A DNA stretch of 64,000 bases from Eledone cirrhosa (GCA_964016885.1 OZ024742.1:51522001-51586000), one strand, 5' to 3'; shown: positions 39,290 to 52,877, numbered from the stretch's first letter. Made by a program: numbers and translations. Notes: generated from the sequence alone by a model not told the origin.

Positions 39290-42200
39290 AATTTACAGAC
39301 ACATACTCAAAGAAGGCCCATTCATTCGGGCCATACTTGCTTCTCTCACCCATCTTTCAACAAAATTCTGGGAAGAGAGCACTTCCTTCTCTAGCCTGAT
39401 TTTCCTTTTCAAATGAAACTTGAAAAAGTTAATCAGGGCATCACCGAAGAGGTAAATGTTCGTCTTCAGCCCTTTCAAACGTGTCCAGCATACTATCTAT
39501 TTCGCCATGGCGACCAGACAGATAAAAACTGCCTGCCCTTGCCGGCTAAAGGAAGAGGGTGGGGAAATCCTCACGATGGACTCAGCTGATAGCTGGATCC
39601 GTCCTACACGTGACAGCAGGTGTTCGACATAAATCCACAAGTCAGCAATTCTCGGACACTGGACGAGTGCATGCAGTGTGGTTTCGTCGCCCTGTGCGCA
39701 TCTCGGACATGCCCGGCTGACGGCACCTCCATGCCTGTAGAGTTTATTCCGAACTGGCAAAGCTCCACGGTAGCACTGCCAGGCCAGGGATTTCTGGAAG
39801 TTGTCCATAGGCTCCGGCCCGAAAGTCCTTCCGAAGAGATTAGCTAGTTGACTTTCGTCGACGCCTAGAGTTTCTCCAAGTCCGTCGTCACTCTTCCCCT
39901 CCACAAATCCTCTATAGAACGCCAAGGTGGAGTTTCCACCGATCACATTGCCCGATAGGTCGAGGGCTGTGAGCGCCTGAAGACATTCCAGTCTCCAAGC
40001 GCTCCCTCTCGGTCTTCGCTTGACCCAGGACTGCAGCTCCGTCAAGGGGACGAGCTGGGGAAAGACGTGTCTAGCAAACGGCGACCACACCTGATCACCG
40101 TCGAGGAAGAGGTGGAGATGTCGTAGCCTGAGCGCGTGTCTGCGCCTCATCAGCCACGGCATGCACAGCCCACCACGTAGCGGGTGTTGACAGCAGATGG
40201 ACCGCCTGACCATCGGAGCGCTTCCCTTCCACAAACAGCGAAAGAGCAAACGCTCCAGCGCAGTCAGGCGGGGCTTAGTACAAGGTACGACGGTCAGGCG
40301 GTAGTAGATGACGGACGCGATGTACGCGTTAGCCACCTCCTCTCGATCTTTCAGGGATAGCTTCCTCTCCGCCCATTTCTGGGTGAGAGAAGCCACCCTG
40401 CTCGTCACCTCGTCCCAGTTTTTGTCCGCCTGGAGGTCTGGACCGAACCAGACCCCTAGCAATTTAACCACTGCGTATTATCTTAATGTAATGCCGATCG
40501 CCTCGATGTGTTTGGCGTTCGAGACCACTACGGTGACATCGTCCGCATATGCTGACACGGATCTTCCGCATCCTAGTTCGCGCGGGACCCCCCTCCACGT
40601 CTCCGGTTTGTGCAGTAATGGCTAAGGAGTCAATACGTACAATAGGGACGAGAGGGGACATCCTTGGCGGACCGAGCGCATGATGTTGAACGGTTCCAAA
40701 AGGTGAACGTTCACTCTCACTACAGAGCAGATGTTGCTGTGCATGGCAGCGATCCAGCCTCTGAAGACGGGCCCAAAGCCAGCCGCCCTCAGGACTGCCG
40801 CCAGGTAAAGTTGGACGACCCTATCGAATGCTTTCGACTGATCTAAATTGCTCAAAGACCCACCCGTGCCAGGTTACCTAGCTACCCTCTCTACGATGTA
40901 TCGCATGAGGTGGAGGTTGTCGTGGATGGATCTGTCGGGAATGGCGCATGCCTGCGCCTCTCCCAGCAGACGACCAACGACAAGCGCCAACTTCATTGCT
41001 AGAACCTTGGCCAAAATCTTGAACTCTGTGTTTAGCAGAGCTATGGGCCTAAAATTATCTATGTTACCCCCCTTGTTCGGATCCTTTCTCAGCAGCGCCA
41101 CCGCTCCTCGGCTCACAGAGCTGGATATTCTCCCGTTCTGTTTCCAATTGCAGTAGACGTCCGCCAAGAGGCCTCCGAACAAGTTTGGCATTTGTACGTA
41201 AAGTTCATAGGGCAGAACATCCAAACCAGGCGATTTACCCCTTGTGCAGCCAGTCATTGCCTCCCGTACTTCAGCGGCTGTTATCGTCTTTTCGCAACAC
41301 TCCGCCTCAGTGGTCGAAAGCCGCGGCAGTCCGTCGAGGTAGACACTAAAGGCAATCCCTCGATCCGGCCCGCCGCTTCCCCCGAACAGTTGAGCGAAGT
41401 GTTGCTGAAAAGCTTCACACATTTGCCCGGGTTCGAGTAGCATACGCCCGTCGTGGTCCACCAAATACCGGATCGTGGCTTTGTTGCCACGACGCGCCTC
41501 CGTCACTCGGGCCCATTGAACGGCTTTCGTCTCCTCGTGTCTGAGAGCACGCACCCTAGCTCTGACAACGCAGCCTTCGTGCTTTGCATTGAAGAATTGG
41601 TCAAGGGCCAATTTCGCCGCAAGTACGTCGGTCGCGATACCTTTGCAAAGCGCCACGTCTAATTTTCTAACTAAATCTCCCTCTGCTCTATTTTCCTCTA
41701 TTGCTAAAGCCTTACTAAACCTAATGGACTCTATTCTAATTGCTCTTTTCAGAGCAAACCACTACTTGTTGTTGACGATGGCCCCCGTCAACGCCCGCTT
41801 AACTAGTTCGCTAAACCGGTCTCTGTAAGCCTTGCGCGCTGGTAAGGACGCGTTTAGCTTCCAGTAGCCGGGTCTTCGTCTATGAAGCCTATCTAAGTCA
41901 AGCACACAGATCACGAATTTGTGGTCCGTGTAGCTGAATATCTTGAATTGTGGACAGCCTATGCTAGACCTATCTATTTCCCTACAAATTACTCTATCTA
42001 GATATGATCTGGATGACCACATTGGTACATTCGGGAAATCCAATCGGTACCTGTCAGACAGGTCAAAACGCCTGAGCAGGTTGGTGAGACTCTTGCACCC
42101 TCCTTCCCTATCCACTAATCCCACACAATCCCAGCGTGCATCTAAGATTCACGTTCCAAGAAAGTTCTCCAGACGCCGGAAGAAATCAGGCCGCTCTGCT

Positions 42201-42547
42201 CCTGTCGGGGCATAGACGGCCACTAACATAAAAGCTTGCCCGTCTCCGCTGGTCACGTCCAGCACCACCAACTTACCTTCTGGGTCCAGGAAGATGACCC
42301 GTATGGCAAGATCCAAATCTCTCCGAAAAAGCACAGCAACTCCTCCCCCCGATCCCGGACGGCTGGGAGATGCGTACACATCGTAGCCGACGAAGATTGG
42401 TGCGAAGGCCCGGGCTTCGGAGATTCTGGTCTCGCTGATGGCCACTACATCTATGTTTAGTGACCTGAGGTCGTTGAGCAGGTGGCCCTGCTTCCATGAC
42501 GACCCCAAGCCACGCGCATTTATGCTGCCTATTCTGAGTGAGGTCAT
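39290..42547 (-). pseudogene. Tx1 ORF2 (APE endonuclease, RT, CCHC), frameshifted
   Basis: SINARGL, ISET, VYAP, SYLDR, TDH, KSPGLD, FRPIALLN, DQSKAFDRV, RQGCPLS, SAYADD (~40535-40555), LGVWFG, CPRC..ET..HALVQC. Confidence 0.9.
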
Positions 42548-43125
42548 GTTGAAAAGGAGTGGAAAAGATGGGAAAGACCACTTACCTTACTTATCGTAGA
42601 GGAAGGACGGTTTTTCCATCCTTTTCACTGCTTGTGGCCTCCCCAGGAAGGATGTCCTTATAAATCCTCCTGGAGAGTGCTTGTCGGAAGTCTCCGATGT
42701 CTTTGGGGAGTTTTTTGTTTTAGTGTCATGTACGTTTTCTGTGTGATGCGAGTGATTTGTATGTGTGGAAGTGGTGTTAATTTTTGGGTTGCTGTGTAGT
42801 CTTTTTCTGTGATGCTGGTGTTGTGTTGGATGTAGTGTAATAATTGCTTGTTGTTCAAATTTAATGCTGTGTAGTGTGTATCGTTTTGGTTGTTTTGTTT
42901 TGTTTGCGTTTGTTGTGGGTTTGTTTCTATTTCGCATTTTGGTGACTTTTGTGGTGTAGGTGATGGTGGTGTTGGGGTTAATGATGGTGATGGTGTTGGT
43001 GTTTGGGGTGATATGGTTGGTGATTCTGGTGTGGATGGTGGCATATGTGTCCTAACTTTTTTGTTTCTTAATTTATTTGTTTCCCTCTGTATTTTGTTTT
43101 TGGAGGTGTAAGGAAGAGAATTTTT

Positions 43126-44576
43126 TTATTTTTTGGTTTCTTTTTTTTTTCCTGATACCATTTCCCACTCCTCGTCGTCACAATCCGTCTCCATTTGTGA
43201 TAGGCCGGGGAGTGGAAAATCCTCCACAGGCGTTAGTTTTGGTTGTGGCGTGGTGGATGGTGTAGGCGCTGGTGCTAGTTCTGAAGCGTTGGGTGGTGGT
43301 GGTGTTGGTTTTGCTGGTGGTGGTGGTGTTGGTTTTGCTACTGTTGCTGGGGTTGTTGCTGTTATAGTTGCTTCTGTTGTTGCTGCTACAGTTGTTGCTG
43401 CCATCTCTGCTACTGGTGGTGTTGACGATTGTGTCACTGGGGTGGGTAGGAGAGGTGGCCTCAACCTTTTAGCCTGAGGGCAGAAAGCCCTTAGGTGGGT
43501 TCCTTCACCACAAACGACACACCTAGGCCTTCTGCCCTCGACAATTACGGTGAGGTGGCTGCCGTCAGTGAGGTTTATTACCTCTGGGATCTCCTCAATG
43601 CTTTTTTGGTCTGCTTGGATCAGGAGCTCCATCCCCGATCCGGACCAGTTCTCCTGCTTTTCTTTTGCTATTGCTATTATCTTTGTGTTGGTTTCGATGC
43701 CGGCGAGGACGGCCGCTATTAGTCAGGGAATTTCGATGGCCGGTGGAACGTGGGTCACCTTGATCTTTACGAGTCTCTGGCGACAATAGCTTGGGACGAG
43801 TGTGAAGTCGTCACTTCTTAATGGGGCCCTGGAGTGTTCTCCAGCCTGCTCTGGTGTTTTAAAGAACACGTCCACGGTTCCATACTTCTGACCACGGCTG
43901 ATGTTGGTTTTTCTTGCCCACACATGTCCCAAAGCATTTTGGATTTGGGACTCGGATGCCCGTTCCACTCGGCGCGATTTTACATTTATTGTTCGATACC
44001 ACACGGTGCATAGGCGCCGATGCTCCATTTTATTAGGTGTGTGTGTGGGGGGGGGGGGCTGACGCTGTACCCATGTTTCTTTACCATTTTTTTGGCATTT
44101 TCTAATTCCTCCTGAGTTACCGTAAATGCTTCGCACTGTTTTGATACTCTGGCAAAACTCAGGGTGTTTTTTTTAATGTCATTGTTGTTGTTGTTGCTAT
44201 CATTATTTTTGTTATTATTAATTTTAGTTTCAGTTGTGGTGGTGGTGACGTCAGTGGAGTTCGGTTTGGAAGAGTCCATTTTGGTTGAAAATATTTCGAC
44301 ATCACGAGTTGATTTATTTTTTCCTTTTGTTTCTGTTGTCGCGGTGGTGGTGGGGGTGGTGGTTGTCGCGGTGGTGGTGGTGGTGGCGGCTTTAACACCT
44401 GCAGTCATTGGTAATGGCGGGAAATGAATGTCTGCCTGAGACAAATTTAAAATATTGCTAGTGTTTAAATTATTTCTGTTGGCAAACATAGTATCATTTA
44501 CAATGGTGGTGTCGGTGTGAGGTGTTAATTTGTGAGGAAGGCTTTCAGTTGCTTGGTGCAGAGGTGAATTGGCCAT
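43126..44576 (-). pseudogene. Tx1 ORF1 (gag-like zinc knuckle), frameshifted
   Basis: VIVEGRRPRCVVCGEGTHLRAFCP; frameshift at the G-run ~44047-44058. Confidence 0.8.
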
Positions 44577-44785
44577 TTTTTTTCAAAGAATTTTTTTGAT
44601 AATCATAAAAGTTTAAATTCTGGGCACAAGGCCCCAATCTTTTTGGGTGTCCTTTTCGGAAAGCAATGTATGTGCGCTTATATATAGTTAACAATAAAAA
44701 TTTTCCATAAATAGCAATTTTTAACAATCGGAAATAACAAACCTTTGCAGAGCTCACGATGATACGAGTTACTAAGTAGGTCGCC

Positions 44786-44821
<36 letters not shown>

Positions 44822-44949
44822 CGTGAAGACTTAAATTGGAAAAGGCCTCGATAAGGATAATTCAGAAAATCCCTTTAAGGGTGAAAGCAGCGATTCTTTG
44901 ATTAAACCTTAATCTTTTATTTTAATTTAATAATATATATATATAAATA

Positions 44950-45067
44950 TAAGTTGAAAAAAATGAAAACGAAATTTCATTTCTCACTCTTAGTATGGCA
45001 CTTACTTAAATGTAAGTATGTATGTATACGTACATACATATATGTATACAGACGTACAGTAGCATGC

Positions 45068-45099
<32 letters not shown>

Positions 45100-45537
45100 G
45101 CATACAGGTACACATACATATATGCACGCATCAGTTTAGCCGACGTTTATTATAACGCAGCTTTGTTCGCTTGTTTGTCAACAAACCGAACAGCCTGAAT
45201 TTATGCCATACGGTGTTAAGGCAACCACGTCACCTTTTTGTTCAACACTGACATAGGAACGATGTACTAGTTTCAAGCTTGTTAGCTATCATCAGCACCG
45301 TTTACCCATCTGCCAGATAGTTGAACGTTCGAAAGTATATACTTTCCTTATGAAAATTAACGGCTGAGCAGCCTAATTTGCATATTGAGTGAGTTGAATC
45401 CGTCAGGCATACCGAAAACGACAAGTTGAAAAAAAATGAAAACGAAATTTCATTTCTCACTCTTAGTATGGCACTTACTTAAATGTAAGTATGTATGTAT
45501 ACGTACATACATATATGTATACAGACGTACAGTAGCA

Positions 45538-45582
<45 letters not shown>

Positions 45583-46020
45583 GCATACAGGTACACATAC
45601 ATATATGCACGCATCAGTTTAGCCGACGTTTATTATAACGCAGCTTTGTTCGCTTGTTTGTCAACAAACCGAACAGCCTGAATTTATGTCATACGGTGTT
45701 AAGGCAACCACGTCACATTTTTGTTCAACACTGACACAGGAACGATGTACTAGTTTCAAGCTTGTTAGCTATCATCAGCACCGTTTACCCATCTGCCAGA
45801 TAGTTGAACGTTCGAAAGTATATACTTTCCTTATGAAAATTAACGGCTGAGCAGCTTAATTTGCATATTGAGTGAGTTAAATCGGTCAGGCATACCGAAA
45901 ACGACAAGTTGAAAAAAAATGAAAACGAAATTTCATTTCTCACTGTTAGTATGGCACTTACTTAAATGTAAGTATGTATGTATACGTACACACATATATG
46001 TATACAGACGTACAGTAGCA

Positions 46021-46081
<61 letters not shown>

Positions 46082-46200
46082 GCATACAGGTACACATACA
46101 TATATGCACGCATCAGTTTAGCCGACGTTTATTATAACGCAGCTTTGTTCGCTTGTTTGTCAAGAAACCGAACAGCCTGAATTTATGCCATACGGTGTTA
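44950..46200 (-). mobile_element. Non-coding repeat family D: ~2.6 tandem copies of a ~483-bp monomer
   Basis: AAGTTGAAAAAAATGAAAACG at ~44951, ~45423, ~45906; copies nearly identical except (TA)n length. Confidence 0.9.
45259..45301 (-). ncRNA. Minimal type I hammerhead of family D (second copy 45742-45784)
   Basis: ACGGTG-CTGATGA-T-AGCT-AACA-AGCT-T-GAAA-CTAG-TA|CATCGT. Confidence 0.8.
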
Positions 46201-46309
46201 AATATTGATCAACTGTTATGTAAGAAGTTTGTTTGGTAGTGTGATGTTTATAAATATTTAGTGTTAAGCACAGTTAGAAAGAAAGACGGAGAAAAGGAAG
46301 AAATGTATG

Positions 46310-46371
<62 letters not shown>

Positions 46372-46373
<2 letters not shown>

Positions 46374-46865
46374 CATGCATTACCACCAAGACCAAGCTCC
46401 GCCTGTACAAGAACATCTTGCTGCCGCCAGTACTTTATGCGAGCGAGACCTGGAAGTGTACGGCAAAAATAGAGAGCCGGCTGAACGCTTTCCAGCACCG
46501 GTGCCTGCGAAAGATCCTTCGTGTCTCCTTGTGCGACCGAATGCGAAACGAGGATATCCTGCGGAGAGCCGTGTCGTGAACGCTACAGTGAGTGGTCACG
46601 GAGCGTCGGTGCCGTCTGGCTGGCCATATTCAACGTCTGCCAAATTAACGGCATTCGAAAGGAGCGATGAACTGGACTCCGCCTGGCGGTAAACGGAGGG
46701 GTTGCCCAAGGATCACCTGGCGACGACCGTTCCGGAAGTCCCTGATGGCAGCCAATATCCCCTGGCATGGTCTCGAAAAAGTTACCGCTGATCGTGACCG
46801 TTGGCGAGTGCGTAATACTCAATGCGCCAAACGGCGCGGAAGAATCTAAGAAGAATCTAAGACTA

Positions 46866-46866
<1 letters not shown>
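46372..46866 (+). mobile_element. RTE-clade LINE 3' fragment (different family)
   Basis: TKLRLYKNILLPPVLYASETW..CLRKIL and WTPPGGKRRGCPRITW..DRDRWR; short tandem tail GAAGAATCTAA x2. Confidence 0.85.
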
Positions 46867-46928
<62 letters not shown>

Positions 46929-47016
46929 ATTATTTTTCCCATTTTGACGCTATAGTCACTTATATATTATGGAATACTGTTGGCTTTTTGCTACAATACT
47001 TTCTACACCTTTCATT

Positions 47017-47101
<85 letters not shown>

Positions 47102-47140
47102 ATATTTCATAAATGGAAACTATATTTATAAAACCATATT

Positions 47141-47203
47141 TATTGTATTACATATATTTCAAGGGTACCAACAATTTCGTACGCTCTATCATCAGATAAA
47201 ATA
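47141..47203 (-). ncRNA. Hammerhead motif with 2-nt insertion after the core
   Basis: TATTTTAT-CTGATGA-TA-GAGCGTAC-loop-GTACCCTT-GAAA-TATATG-TA|ATACAATA. Confidence 0.55.
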
Positions 47204-47330
47204 CGAAGTGTGTTCTATAAATTTTGACATATCCAAGAATAATATATCTTAACGGTTCAAGTTTTCCTTGGATAGTGAAGGTGAAGGGATAAGAAAAGAA
47301 AAGTCATGTATATATATATATATATATATT

Positions 47331-47880
47331 TATAAAATTATTAAGTCAAATATGTAAAATTTGGCTTCGTTTGTTATAAATTATAGATATACTGCTATAT
47401 ATATTTTGCTGACTGCCATCATTGGCTGTGACCTCTTCATGAAGTCGGAATTGGTGTGACAAAGACAGGTACACATGTTGTCGAAGTGTGTTTTACTCCG
47501 TCAATATATCGATATCTCCAGCTCCTGTTTGTGTTGATATTCCTCTGAGGAACTGGAACCATATTTTTCCAATTCCTCAGAGGAATAACAACACAACCTG
47601 GATTTGGACATATCGATGTATCGATATAAAACACACTTCAACAACATGTGTATCTTTCCCTGAATAATTCGGACTGCCTGAAGAGGTGACAGCCAATGAT
47701 CACCGTCACCGAAATATATATAGCAGTATATCTATAATTTATAATAAATGAAGCCAGATTTTAAATATTTGACTTAATTATTTTACATTACTCCGGAGTA
47801 AACAAACCAACCTGCGTACATCGTTGAGTGCTCCAATCTGCATACTGTGGTGTCAGTAAACAAACAACATATACTCAAAA
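47331..47880. mobile_element. ~460-bp imperfect fold-back with an HHR in each arm, plus a 3' extension
   Basis: Centre TATTCCTCTGAGGAA..TTCCTCAGAGGAATA (~47538-47587); arms extend to ~47331 and ~47786. Confidence 0.8.
47673..47727 (+). ncRNA. Canonical type I hammerhead ribozyme
   Basis: ACTGC-CTGAAGA-GGTGAC-14nt-GTCACC-GAAA-TATATA-TA|GCAGT; perfect stems I and II. Confidence 0.88.
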
Positions 47881-47900
47881 TATATATATATATATATATC

Positions 47901-48110
47901 GGAAAAGAATCAGGACTCCGACGGCTGAGTTCCGGTCATTTCGACAGCTAGATCCGAATTGACTTTGGATCTAGCTGTCGAAACGGCCCGAGCTCAGCCG
48001 TCTGGGTCCTGACTCTTTTCCTATAACCCTCCTCTACTAACCTAAGTATAGAGTACTCTGGTGCATTATGGTCCACCTGGTTCCTTACCACACTTTCTTA
48101 CTTTCTTTGC
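47901..48110 (+). mobile_element. 120-bp hairpin carrying the 3' half of an HHR, plus tail
   Basis: 47901-47958 is inverted at 47964-48021. Right arm contains GAAA-CGGC-ccgagctca-GCCG-TC. Related to the start of the 1915 element and to ~25250-25285. Confidence 0.65.
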
Positions 48111-48163
<53 letters not shown>

Positions 48164-48884
48164 GTGTGTGTATGTGTATGTGTGTGCGTATGTGTGTGTG
48201 TCTATGTGTGCACGGGTGTGTGTGTCAGTGCATGGGTAAGATCGGTGTAGATCTTCGTTTTTGTAGGCAGTTATATGTTATTATAAGTACGTTGCAAGTG
48301 CCTAAAGAAAGATACAAAATAAAGATACAGATTACCATACCATTTCAGTATGCTCAACATATTCGATGGAATATCATATAGTAAATAAATACCTAATTAT
48401 CTGCGAATTTATACAAAGGTTCCAATGAGCAATCCACGCAGCAATATAATATACACAGGAAATCAGGAAAAATTAGACAAGACTTACTGTAAACTTTAGA
48501 AGAATTTATTGATGCAGAATATTTACTAGCAAGATCTACATTGCTATGAAATCCACTAAGTGCAATGCGTTATTAGCGTACGTATATCATCAGTCTAACC
48601 ACTGAAAACTGAAGCTGGGGAATGAAGCTATGAGAAATTATACATATACATCCATAATCCATGTTTTCATGGTAACGGGTCTAAGATACTATACATGTTG
48701 ATTTTTACAACCATATACGTGCATATAAATAAATAAATAAATAAATAAATATATAAATAAATAAATGTATCAATACGTATTTATATATTTGGATACAAAA
48801 GTATGTAAAATACTAATTGGATGGGTGGTGAACTTGAATTCAGTAGTGCTTGCTCCTGGTTTTCTGGCTGTTGTTGGTATTGCT

Positions 48885-48939
<55 letters not shown>

Positions 48940-48949
<10 letters not shown>

Positions 48950-49316
48950 TATGTATACGTACATACATATATCCATACAGACGTACAGTAGTATATATAT
49001 ATATATACATGCATGCACACATGTATACATGTACGTATGGATTTACCGAACAATTATTATAATGCTCGGTGTGTTTGTAAACAAACATACTGAATTAAGC
49101 CGTACAGTGTTTAGCAACCATCGTTGCCCTTTTGTTCAACACTGACAAAGGAACGATGTACTAGTTTCAAGCTTATTAGCTATCGTCAACTCTGTATACA
49201 TTCCTGCCAGATGATTGAACGTCTAAAAGTATATACTTTCCTTATACTTTCAGACGTTCAATCATCTGGCAGGAAGGTATACGGTGCTAACGATAGCTAA
49301 TAAGCTTGAAACTAGT
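48940..49316. mobile_element. Diverged family D copy with fold-back ending at the HHR cleavage site
   Basis: 49160-49235 is inverted at 49244-49316. Confidence 0.75.
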
Positions 49317-51498
49317 GATATTATGTCCGCAGAAGAAGTAGGAGTGGAAATAAGTGTTTATCAGAGTAATTAAAATTTAAGACAAGTCTTCAAAGAGTAA
49401 GTTGGTGTACAGTGTGATTGAACAATCGCCGCTTTCCTTGAAGTTAGGTGTGTTACTATGTGGTAAAGGAGGATATTTATTGTTGCGATATAAAATGAGA
49501 TCTGGGTAAAGGAAATTATTTTAGAAGTGTGTAGAGATGTAGGATCGAAACTAGTTATTATTCCATGCGTGCCGTAGTTAATGATATTTTTTAGAGAATG
49601 TGTTCAAGGCTCTTAAAATTGGGTATTTGTTATCTGAGGTAATGTAATACAGGATTACTATTGAGTTCATGCAGTTTTATAATTCGATGTTAATGATACA
49701 AGGTCGTATAAAGGCGAAGTAGGAGAGATATGTGTTTATGTATTGTGGATAGCAGTTTTAGAAAGGATTTTGCTTTTTATGTTGGTAATTCTGCTGTGCT
49801 TTGAGTTGCGCCGAATATTTTCAAATATTTATAAATTGCAAAGCTAGCAGTTACGCCGATAGATTTGGTCCGGCTTGGCTGCACAAAAAATCGTCGAGAA
49901 TATTTCAAAGAAATTCTATTACGTTTTAGATCCCAAATTCTCTACAGTATTTCTTAGACTGTGATATTCATGGAGTGTTTATCTGCTAGTTACGTACGAT
50001 CATGTGTAGCTTCAATCATCGAATGATACGAGTCCTTGTTTCTCAGTGCGTAACGAATTTAAAAGTTAGTTAGAAGACGTTATTAACATTAAATTGGTTA
50101 CTAAACTGCAGGGTTTCAATTCTTTGCTAGCCTCTTCTAATGAAGTAAGTTTGACAAGGAATTATCAGCCATCACGTGCTCGGCAATTTAAAACACATAC
50201 TCTAATGTTCATGGGACAACACTAACTAATAACTTTTCCCATGATGAAAATTTCAACAAGTATAAATATCACAACACCTGACTGGTTGAAAACAGAAATA
50301 GAACCATCGTTGTCAGAAGTGTACATTACACATGCATAGCCGTATATATTTGTCTAGATTTATATTGTGCGTCCACTATTTTAACGGTCGAAAATATTTC
50401 AACTAGGATAAATGTCACAAATACAGTAAGAGAAACATCATTGTCAGAGAGAAATATTGCACGTGTGTAAACACAAATTGTGAAAAAATTGACTAGAATT
50501 AGATTGTGTATCCAACATTTCACCGGTCAATATTACAATAAAGACATGCATTGTTTCGATAAGTGACTATACATTATGACAAAATTCATCTATCCTCTCA
50601 ATGGAGATTTATGACAACAAATATAAATAAGTTTCGGACAAATGTTCTTCCGCTTTTATAATCTCCCAATCTACTGGTGTAATGATTCATTTACGGTCCC
50701 TGTTTTATCAAACATCTAAAAATAAATTAAGAATGCCTACGCATGATTCATGTATTTCTGTCAGGAATTTAATAAAGCTCTTTGAAGAAATCTATAACTT
50801 TATTGCTAATGTCACCACTAAAATAAAAGATAATCTTTGAAACTTTTATCGAATTATTTAGAACTTTTTTTTTTCAGAAATCAAAATAGTCACCACATTA
50901 GTCACAAAAGATACTAATCAACAAGTAAAGACATTATACGAGAGAGAGGACATAAAAAATTGATATTCAAAAGATATTTCTGGAATAAAATACTGCCATT
51001 AATCTCGTTGAAAGATCAAAGTTTGGCTAACTCTACATTTGTGACTAATCACCAAATGGCTTCATTGTCATTGCATCTTTCAAACAAATAAATTTACCGA
51101 ATTGCAACAAGCAATATTAGGTTTCTGAAAGAATGGTATCATTTATCCTTCTGTATATAATTATATTTTCCGAAGTGATTTCCGTTTTTCATTCAGATTT
51201 ATAGAACTTTTCAAAGAATTATCTCTCGCTACACATTTCCTTATCCACACCAACATCACTCACCGCAAACGCGCACACGCATGCACTCACACACACACAC
51301 ACAGACACAGACACACACACACAGAGATATATATATATAGTAATACTCTACTTAATTAAGGACATAACTCTATTAGAACAGGTATAGAGATGAAGTGAAT
51401 ATACAATCGAATCGAAGCGAAATTTTTATTTGTGGTAAATTAAATGTCTTTGAGTATTGAAAGTCTACAGAGTCAGATATAGAATTTTGAACAGAGAA

Positions 51499-51533
<35 letters not shown>

Positions 51534-52818
51534 GAAACAAATATGACAGGTTTTATTAGTTAAATTATTCCATTACTTTAAGATCATTTCAGAGGGCAAA
51601 AAATAAAAAACATCTACCGATATATTAACTAATATGTAGCAGTAATGCAGCCCCATAGTACTAGTCTCGAAAAGTTTATCTGTTTTGCGGTCCATTCTCA
51701 AAATTAATTATTGTGGAGTTTTATTAAATAGAGATTTCTGTCGATTGCTGAAAATTTTATAAGGATAAATGACGCCATTGATTGTTACAATCTTTTACTC
51801 CGTTTGTTACGACAAAATATGCGGCGAGGGAACCAATATTCGCTGCCACTTGCTTTCTATGTTACAGAAAGTGAGACACAAATGTTATTCTGTGGCAAGG
51901 ATTTTCGGCGTCCAGTCTAACATTCCTGAGTCAACATTCTCAAAGAGTTTGAAGAAATAAGTTGATACAAATTCAAACCTTGAACTAGATAAGAGACTCT
52001 TCAAACAGTACTCATTTTGGAGAAATTTCAATAGAATATTATATTCGTAAGAAGTTGTACAGCGTATTATTGACATTTTCTGTTGTTACATAATTACTTC
52101 TCTGTTTATGTTTCTATTTCCAGGATGCTTGAAATATGGGAGTAAAATGGCACGCTTCTGTTATAATTCCTATTTGCTCAACTGAAAAATATTTAAACCG
52201 GTAAATTTACTTTCTTGCCAAATGTTTTTTTATAGTCGTGTTGCTTCTAAATATTTGTGATAGAATACTGTAGCAGTGTAGCAAAGCTCGCCTTCAGGAA
52301 TTGAGCTGGAGTTTAATATTAGATATAATTCTAGAGAAGAGACGGTTCAAGGTGTAATATAGATTCAATGAAAATGTGGGCTCGTATGTATATATACGAT
52401 AAGTTGCTTGGAGAAGATACTTTCAACAGATAGACAAAAGAAAATTACATTTTGGTTTTTGTGCAGATGGCAAATAGGCGAGGTACTTTTCATGAATGAT
52501 ATTCACGTGAAGGAGTTTTGATATCGTGACAAAAAAAACTCCTCCTGAAGTTAGCAGATGAACGCTTAGAGAGTTAGAAATTTCCACTTAGCAAACAAGA
52601 CCAAAAGCTTCCTAGCATATATTATACTTTTCTCTATTTTCTTGTATCGTAAAATGCAACCATGGTGTGGCATTATAATATTTCACTTTACTTCACTGAA
52701 TCTTTGAACCTCTTTGCATTAATCTTTTATTCTGTTTTAGAATCATTGCAAGACGGAAATGTGAAACCACATGTCAGTACTCCTAAACAACAGTGGATTC
52801 ATATTCCTTGTCTGTTTT

Positions 52819-52877
<59 letters not shown>

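Larger units (their letters stand above)
39059..44785 (-). mobile_element. Near full-length Tx1-clade (L1 group) LINE in (TAA)n
   Basis: ORF1 pieces with CX2CX4HX4C; ORF2 with APE, RT and C-terminal Zn finger; 3' AATAAAG(A)n at ~39070; (AAT)n on both flanks. Confidence 0.88.

Noticed and set aside
44950-46200. Possible CRISPR-like or protein-coding tandem (repeated MKTKFHFS.. ORFs)
   Set aside because: Whole units repeat with no unique spacers, ORFs run into (TA)n, and the context is eukaryotic.
50245-50450. Short diverged direct repeat (TTTCAAC.AG.ATAAAT.TCACAA..CATC.TTGTCAGA)
   Set aside because: Only two degenerate copies with no further structure.
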